From Halorhodospira halophila SL1 (GTDB lineage: Bacteria > Pseudomonadota > Gammaproteobacteria > Nitrococcales > Halorhodospiraceae), in NCBI RefSeq assembly GCF_000015585.1, contig NC_008789.1, positions 1,590,001-1,622,000 of the forward strand: DNA of 32,000 bases, given 5' to 3'. Both the position numbers and the translations under genes were made by a program. How positions within the stretch are numbered: position 1 is the stretch's first letter; every line of letters begins with the position of its first letter. Of this stretch, positions 26,920-32,000 are shown in pieces. The notes under the pieces were generated by a model. It did not search any database, had not been told where the DNA came from, and saw only the letters and a list, made by a program, of their open reading frames with translations.

Positions 26920-27037
26920 GCGGTGCAACATCCCGGTCGACTGTGCGCACTCCTGACCGCGGCGTCAACTCACACCCCCTTTTGCCGTTCGGCTACCTGC
27001 CGATATCAAGGGCACGTAAAACCACGTTGACCGGACC

Positions 27038-27844
27038 ATGACCCATCGATCGTCCGTTTTGCCGCTTCGCCCGCGCAGCGCCGCCATCGCGTTGCTAATC
27101 GGCCTCGGTCCGGCTCTGACCGCGGCGGGTGAGCTACCCGAGAGTGGCAGCGCCCGCTACTGGATCCAGGAGGGGGGCGAGTGGCGCGGCTACGAGACCG
27201 TGACCTGGGACTTCGAGGCCGATGACACCTTCCGGCTGGAACGCATCCGCGAACACCGCCAGCGCCCGGCCGAGGCCGAGCACGGGGGGGATCGGCGCAT
27301 CCGCCGCACCCGTGAGATCAGTGAAGGCAATCTAGAGGGCGACGTCGCCCGCCCCGAAACCTACGAGGTCCGCACGGCGACGGTCTTCCAGCCGAGCGCG
27401 GACTACGACCTCGAGACCGCCTTCGACGACATCGAAGAGGAGACCACCCTCGCGGCACGCTTTACCGACGACGAGGCCGCGCTGGAAGAGGACGAGATCG
27501 CCGTGCCTGCCAACGCACTCGATCCGCTCACCCACCGCTGGCAGGTGATGCAGGAGGCCCTGGAAGGGACACGCCATACGGAGATCACCCACCAGGTGGT
27601 CGATGAAGAGGGCGAGATCTCGGAGGTCGTCTTCCGCGTGGAAGGCCGACAGACCGTGCGCGCCCACCCCGGCACCTTCCGCACGGTGCGCCTGACCCGC
27701 CAGCAGCCAGGGCAGCAGCGGGCAGTGCGCTGGTACATGGCCGAGGGTTGGGCCGGGCTGCCCGTCCGCACTGTTGACCGCCGCAGCGAACGTCATGCCC
27801 AACGCACCCGGCTCGAGCGCATCGAGGCAACCGGCGACGGCTAA
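27038..27844 (+). CDS. Secreted hypothetical protein (possibly DUF3108-like)
   Basis: Has an N-terminal signal peptide (RSAAIALLIGLGPALTAAG) and an acidic central region. The C-terminal WYMAEGWAGLPVRTVDRR recalls the DUF3108 C-terminus. Confidence 0.6.
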   Translation: MTHRSSVLPLRPRSAAIALLIGLGPALTAAGELPESGSARYWIQEGGEWRGYETVTWDFEADDTFRLERIREHRQRPAEAEHGGDRRIRRTREISEGNLEGDVARPETYEVRTATVFQPSADYDLETAFDDIEEETTLAARFTDDEAALEEDEIAVPANALDPLTHRWQVMQEALEGTRHTEITHQVVDEEGEISEVVFRVEGRQTVRAHPGTFRTVRLTRQQPGQQRAVRWYMAEGWAGLPVRTVDRRSERHAQRTRLERIEATGDG

Positions 27845-27923
27845 TCCGTGCAGCGCGGCCGTTCTGAGCTACGCTCCCTCCTTAGGGCACCGTGCCCTTC
27901 GGCAAGTCCGGTTGAGGGCCGCC

Positions 27924-29225
27924 ATGGACGATCGCAAGCATATCTACGTCGTCGGACTCGACGATTTCCACCTTGAACACCTCAAGACCGTGCGCGGCAG
28001 CGAGGGGTACCTATTCCATCCCCTGGCCGAATACAGCGCCATCGTGCTCCCTGAGCGCTACGATATCCCGGCCATCCTCGATCATGCGCGTCAAACGCTC
28101 GATCTGGCCCCGCGCGTGGACGCGATCATCGGCCACTGGGACTTTCCCACGACTTCAATCGTCCCCGTCCTACGCCGGGAGTACGGCCTTCCCACGCCGT
28201 CCCTGGAGAGCATCCTGCTTTGCGAGAACAAGTATTGGAACCGCCTGGCCTGTGAAGCGTCCGTGCCGGAGTGCACCCCTCCGTTCCAGGCCATCGATCC
28301 CTACGGCGAGGATCCGCTCGGCGCCCTCAAGCTCGGCTACCCGTTCTGGCTGAAACCCGCGGTGGCCTTCTCGTCCCTGCTCGGTTTCCGCGTCGAGGAC
28401 GACGCGCAGTTCCAGGATGCCATCGCTGCCATCGCCCAGGGCATCCCCACCTTCGCCGAGCCGTTCCAGGCGTTCACCGACCTTGTTGAAAACCCGAAAC
28501 GCCTGCCGCGGACGGGGAGCGGCGCCACGGCCCTGGCCGAGGGCATCATCCAGGGCCGCCTCTGCACGCTCGAAGGCTACGTCTACAACGGCGAGGTGGT
28601 GACCTACGCCATCCTCGACTCCCTGCGCGGGGCCAACCAGGTCAGCTTCGTCAGCTACCAGTACCCGTCCAGCCTGCCGATACCAGTCCAGGAGCGGATG
28701 AAGGACTACGCGCGCCGCCTGCTGACGCACATCGGCCTCGATCAGACCGCGTTCAACATGGAGTTCTTCTGGGACGAGGATGTCGACAAGATCTGGTTGC
28801 TTGAGGTCAACCCACGGATCTCCAAGTCGCACTGCCCGATCTTCGAGATCGCCACGGGCAGCTCCCACCACGAGGTCGCCATCGACGTAAGCCTGGGCCG
28901 TCGACCCCAATTTCCTCGCGCCGAGGGGCGCTTCCCCATGGCGGCGAAATTCATGCCGCGGGTGTACGGCGACGCTCGGGTCCTGCGCATACCCGACCCG
29001 GCGCAGATCCACGCTCTGCAGCTCACCCACCCGGAACTCTCCATCCACATTGCAGTGGCCGAGGGTATGCAGCTCTCCGAACTACGGGGCCAGGACAGCT
29101 ACAGCTACGAGATCGCCGAGCTGTTTATCGGCGGCGAGGACGAACAGCACCTCCACGACAAGTTCCGGACGATCATGAGGCAGCTCGACTTCCGCTTCTC
29201 CGCGCCGCTGCCAACCAACTACTGA
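27924..29225 (+). CDS. ATP-grasp domain ligase 2 (433 aa), a different subfamily from gene 1
   Basis: ATG at 27924 follows a GAGG Shine-Dalgarno 7 nt upstream and gives MDDRKHIYVVGLDD. It carries CENKYWNRL, GYPFWLKPAVAFSSLLGFRV and FNMEFFWDEDVDKIWLLEVNPRISKSH (ExN..R catalytic loop). Confidence 0.85.
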   Translation: MDDRKHIYVVGLDDFHLEHLKTVRGSEGYLFHPLAEYSAIVLPERYDIPAILDHARQTLDLAPRVDAIIGHWDFPTTSIVPVLRREYGLPTPSLESILLCENKYWNRLACEASVPECTPPFQAIDPYGEDPLGALKLGYPFWLKPAVAFSSLLGFRVEDDAQFQDAIAAIAQGIPTFAEPFQAFTDLVENPKRLPRTGSGATALAEGIIQGRLCTLEGYVYNGEVVTYAILDSLRGANQVSFVSYQYPSSLPIPVQERMKDYARRLLTHIGLDQTAFNMEFFWDEDVDKIWLLEVNPRISKSHCPIFEIATGSSHHEVAIDVSLGRRPQFPRAEGRFPMAAKFMPRVYGDARVLRIPDPAQIHALQLTHPELSIHIAVAEGMQLSELRGQDSYSYEIAELFIGGEDEQHLHDKFRTIMRQLDFRFSAPLPTNY

Positions 29226-29686
29226 CGTTCGGCCCGGCGCTCAAGGAGCAGGATGCGCGAGCCGTGCGTCGGCGGTGCCTGTGGGTCGTCGGCAAAACCC
29301 AGATCGCGATATAGGCGCAGCGCCCGGCGATTCCTGGTGAGCACACTGAGCCAGAGGCGCTGCCCGCCGAGTTCGGTGAAGACATACTCGACCAATGCCC
29401 GCACCGCCCGGCGACCGTATCCGCGCCCCTTGCCGGCGATGGCGATTCGGCGAAGAAGCACCGTCCCGTCGGGGTGATCCACGTCCTGGAGGATCGCGTA
29501 GCCCACCGCCCGTAGCGGCCGGCCCGTTTCCAGGATGAAGTGGGCGCAACTGGACGCACGGAGGCAGGCCTGGTGCTCGGCAAGCGTCCACTGCTCGACG
29601 AATTCGGCGTTCTCCGGGGCGCTCTCCACGGCACGCACGAAATCCAAGTCTTCGGGTGAAGTCGGTCTCAGCTGCATATACTCCAT
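29219..29686 (-). CDS. GNAT family N-acetyltransferase (155 aa)
   Basis: ATG at 29686 gives MEYMQLRPTSPEDLDFV. It has acetyl-CoA motif A (LRRIAIAGKGRGYGRRAVRALVEYVF) and RNRRALRLYRDLGF. Its 3' end overlaps the ATP-grasp 2 stop by 7 nt. Confidence 0.8.
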   Translation of the reverse strand: MEYMQLRPTSPEDLDFVRAVESAPENAEFVEQWTLAEHQACLRASSCAHFILETGRPLRAVGYAILQDVDHPDGTVLLRRIAIAGKGRGYGRRAVRALVEYVFTELGGQRLWLSVLTRNRRALRLYRDLGFADDPQAPPTHGSRILLLERRAERQ

Positions 29687-29713
29687 GGTAGCCCCTGAAC
29701 CCGTGGAGCACGC

Positions 29714-31039
29714 ATGGTCCGACGTACCGCCTATATCGATGAAGAGCGCATCCACGAGCGGCTCGTCTCCCTGATCCGCATCCCCTCCATCACCGGAGAA
29801 GAGGATGCAGCGGTGGCCCGCATCGCCAACTGGCTTCAGCAGCACGACGCCGAGATCGATTACTGGAACGACGGCATCGCCTCGCTACAGCGGGACCCGC
29901 GCTATCCCGGCCATGAGGTGGAACGCGCCTGGGCCCCGGTGGTGGTCGGGGTGGTCCGCGGCGAGCAGCCGGGGCCGAGCGTCCTGCTGACCGGCCACGT
30001 CGATGTCGTACCCCCGGGCGATTACAGTTTGTGGCAGGACGAACCCTTCTCCGGGGTCACCCGTGGCGACCGTGTCTTTGGCTGCGGCGCCTCGGACATG
30101 AAGGCCGGCCTGGTGGCCGCGCTGGCCGCCTTCGAGGCCTTCGCCGAGGGCAACCGCCATTTCCCCGGTCGGGTCATTTTCGCCGCCGTCCCAGCCGAAG
30201 AGGACAGTGGCCTGGGCACCCTGGCCGCCATCCGCGGCAACTGGCGCGCCGATGCCTGTATCATCCCCGAGCCAACGGTGCAGCACGGCGTCCCGGAGCT
30301 GGTCGTCGCCCACGCCGGCGCCATGTCTCTGCGGATCCGGGTACCCGGTCAAGCGGCGCACGCCAGCAAACGCCTTCAGGGGGAGAGCGCGCTGGATCAC
30401 TTTTTCACCCTCTATCAGGCCATGCGGGCGGATGAGCAGGCCCTGAACGCCGCCGAGCAGCACCCCCTGATGACTGTGCACCCGCTGCCCTACGCCACCA
30501 ACGTAGGCACGATCCGCGGCGGACTGTGGTCATCGTCAGTGATGGACTCGCTGGAGGCCCTCGTCCGCGTCGGTGTCCCCTTGGGCACAACCATCGAGGA
30601 GGCCGAGGCCCGCTTTCGCCGTGCCATCGCCGAGGCGATCCGCGACGACCCTTGGCTATCCCGCAACCCGCCCGAGATCCGCCGCCTGGCTTCGGGGTTC
30701 GGCTCGGCGCAGATCGACCCGAACCACACCCTGGTCCGCACCCTGGCCGAAGCCGCCGAGGAGGAGTTCCGTCAGGAGCCGCGCATCGCCGCAGCCCCCT
30801 ACGGCTGTGACATGTCCGGCTGGGTCCGCCTGGCCGGGGTGCCGACGGTCATTTACGGCCCCGGCGACATCGACGAGGCCCACGCGCCCAACGAATCCGT
30901 CTCCCTTGAGACGACCTGCCGGGTCGCTCGCACCCTGGTGCGCACCACCGAACGACTCCTTGAGGCCGGTGTCGAGGGCCTGGGCTCAACGGGCCACCCC
31001 GAACCGGCTGCCCCCGGACACAACCGGAGTCACGACTGA
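29714..31039 (+). CDS. M20 family metallo-deacylase (ArgE/DapE-like)
   Basis: Carries LLTGHVDVVPPG, GCGASDMKAG, AVPAEEDSGLG and GPGDIDEAHAPNESV, the standard M20 metal-ligand motifs. A GGAG Shine-Dalgarno lies 6 nt upstream. Confidence 0.88.
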   Translation: MVRRTAYIDEERIHERLVSLIRIPSITGEEDAAVARIANWLQQHDAEIDYWNDGIASLQRDPRYPGHEVERAWAPVVVGVVRGEQPGPSVLLTGHVDVVPPGDYSLWQDEPFSGVTRGDRVFGCGASDMKAGLVAALAAFEAFAEGNRHFPGRVIFAAVPAEEDSGLGTLAAIRGNWRADACIIPEPTVQHGVPELVVAHAGAMSLRIRVPGQAAHASKRLQGESALDHFFTLYQAMRADEQALNAAEQHPLMTVHPLPYATNVGTIRGGLWSSSVMDSLEALVRVGVPLGTTIEEAEARFRRAIAEAIRDDPWLSRNPPEIRRLASGFGSAQIDPNHTLVRTLAEAAEEEFRQEPRIAAAPYGCDMSGWVRLAGVPTVIYGPGDIDEAHAPNESVSLETTCRVARTLVRTTERLLEAGVEGLGSTGHPEPAAPGHNRSHD

Positions 31040-31042
31040 CCC

Positions 31043-32000
31043 ATGCGCATCGTCGAGGACTTCCCAGAGGCGATCCGGGTGATCGAGAACCTATGGATCC
31101 CGATGCGCGACGGGATCCGCCTGGCGGCCCGCGTATGGCTGCCCGAAGGGGCCGAACAGACGCCGGTACCGGCGATCCTCGAGTACATGCCGTACCGCAA
31201 GCGCGATTTCACCCGACTGCGCGATGAGCCGCTGCACCACTACTTCGCTGGGCACGGCTACGCCTCGATACGGCTGGATCTGCGCGGCACCGGCGACTCC
31301 GAAGGCGTGGTGCTGGATGAGTACCTGGCGCAGGAGCAGGACGATGCGGTGGACGCCATCGCCTGGATCCGCGAGCAGCCCTGGTGCGACGGCGGCGTCG
31401 GCATGATGGGCCTCTCCTGGGGCGGTTTCAACGCCTTGCAGGTCGCCGCACGACGCCCGGCCGGGCTCCGGGCCATCCTGACCCTGTGCTCCACCGACGA
31501 CCGGTACGCCGACGACGCCCACTACAAGGGCGGCTGCCTGCTCAATGAGAACCTGACCTGGGGATCGAGCTTCTTCAGCCTGGCAGCCTGGCCCCCGGAC
31601 CCGGCCATTGCCGGCGCCGACTGGCGGGCCATATGGCAGCAAAGGCTCGATCACCTGCGCCTGTTCCCGGCGGTGTGGATGCGACACCCGCACCGCGATG
31701 ACTACTGGCGCCACGGCTCGGTCTGTGAGGACTACGCTGCCATCGAGTGCGCCGTCTATGCGGTGGGCGGCTGGTCCGACGGCTACGTGAACGCCATCCC
31801 GCGCCTGATGGCCGGTTTGACCTGCCCGCGCAAGGGGCTGATCGGCCCCTGGCCCCACGCTTTCCCCCACGCCGCGGTGCCCGGGCCGCGCATCGGCATG
31901 TTCCAGGAGGCCGTGCGCTGGTGGGACCACTGGCTCAAGGACGCAGAGACCGGGATCATGGATGAACCCATGCTCCGAGTCTGGTTGGAGGAGTGGGTTC
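31043..32000 (+). CDS. CocE/NonD family (S15, X-Pro dipeptidyl-peptidase-like) hydrolase, 5' part; continues beyond the window
   Basis: ATG at 31043, 3 nt after the M20 stop, gives MRIVEDFPEAIRVIENLWIPMRDGIRLAARVWLP. It has LEYMPYRKRD and a nucleophile-elbow-like GMMGLSWGG. The frame is open to nt 32000, which is why it is absent from the ORF track. Confidence 0.85.
   Translation, partial: MRIVEDFPEAIRVIENLWIPMRDGIRLAARVWLPEGAEQTPVPAILEYMPYRKRDFTRLRDEPLHHYFAGHGYASIRLDLRGTGDSEGVVLDEYLAQEQDDAVDAIAWIREQPWCDGGVGMMGLSWGGFNALQVAARRPAGLRAILTLCSTDDRYADDAHYKGGCLLNENLTWGSSFFSLAAWPPDPAIAGADWRAIWQQRLDHLRLFPAVWMRHPHRDDYWRHGSVCEDYAAIECAVYAVGGWSDGYVNAIPRLMAGLTCPRKGLIGPWPHAFPHAAVPGPRIGMFQEAVRWWDHWLKDAETGIMDEPMLRVWLEEWV

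Noticed and set aside
1-32000. CRISPR arrays, IS elements or transposases, tRNA or rRNA genes, and retron or toxin-antitoxin-like small gene pairs other than ratA-rnfH
   Set aside because: Reading both strands showed no regularly spaced direct repeats, terminal inverted repeats or cloverleaf-type sequences. All gaps longer than 100 nt are accounted for as ordinary intergenic regulatory regions.

Overview
High-GC (roughly two-thirds G+C by eye) gammaproteobacterial chromosome segment. It is most likely from a purple sulfur bacterium of the Ectothiorhodospiraceae. I infer this from a TAT-signal HiPIP whose mature part closely resembles Halorhodospira HiPIPs as I remember them, so it is not verified. 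I support 30 protein genes plus tmRNA; the layout is as follows.
(1) nt 1-4329: the 3' part of a dehydratase-like gene, translationally coupled to a 1137-aa fusion of two BcrAD/BadFG-type ATPase 'activase' modules and a dehydratase-like module.
(2) nt 4372-15813: a conserved housekeeping block. Its order is dapB-dnaJ-dnaK-grpE-hrcA (minus), nadK-recN (plus), fur (minus), bamE (plus), rnfH-ratA (minus), smpB-ssrA (plus). It includes a CIRCE-like operator in front of hrcA and a sigma32-like promoter in front of dnaK.
(3) nt 15976-21574: a lineage-specific stretch just past ssrA. It holds two overlapping paralogous half-size permease genes, HiPIP, an H-NS-like gene behind an AT-rich promoter island, an orphan 663-aa protein, and an ATP-grasp ligase. 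The orphan protein has what looks like a papain-type Gln/Cys...His...Asn catalytic set.
(4) nt 21764-26881: etfB-etfA-acyl-CoA dehydrogenase-ETF:quinone oxidoreductase (minus).
(5) nt 27038-32000: a secreted DUF3108-like protein, a second unrelated ATP-grasp ligase, a GNAT acetyltransferase, an M20 deacylase and a CocE/NonD (S15) hydrolase that runs off the window.
I saw no CRISPR array, IS element, integrase, rRNA or tRNA. The best candidates for something undescribed are the orphan Cys-His protein with its H-NS-like neighbour, and the ATP-grasp/GNAT/M20/S15 cluster. All functional calls rest on motif recognition by eye and no database search was possible.
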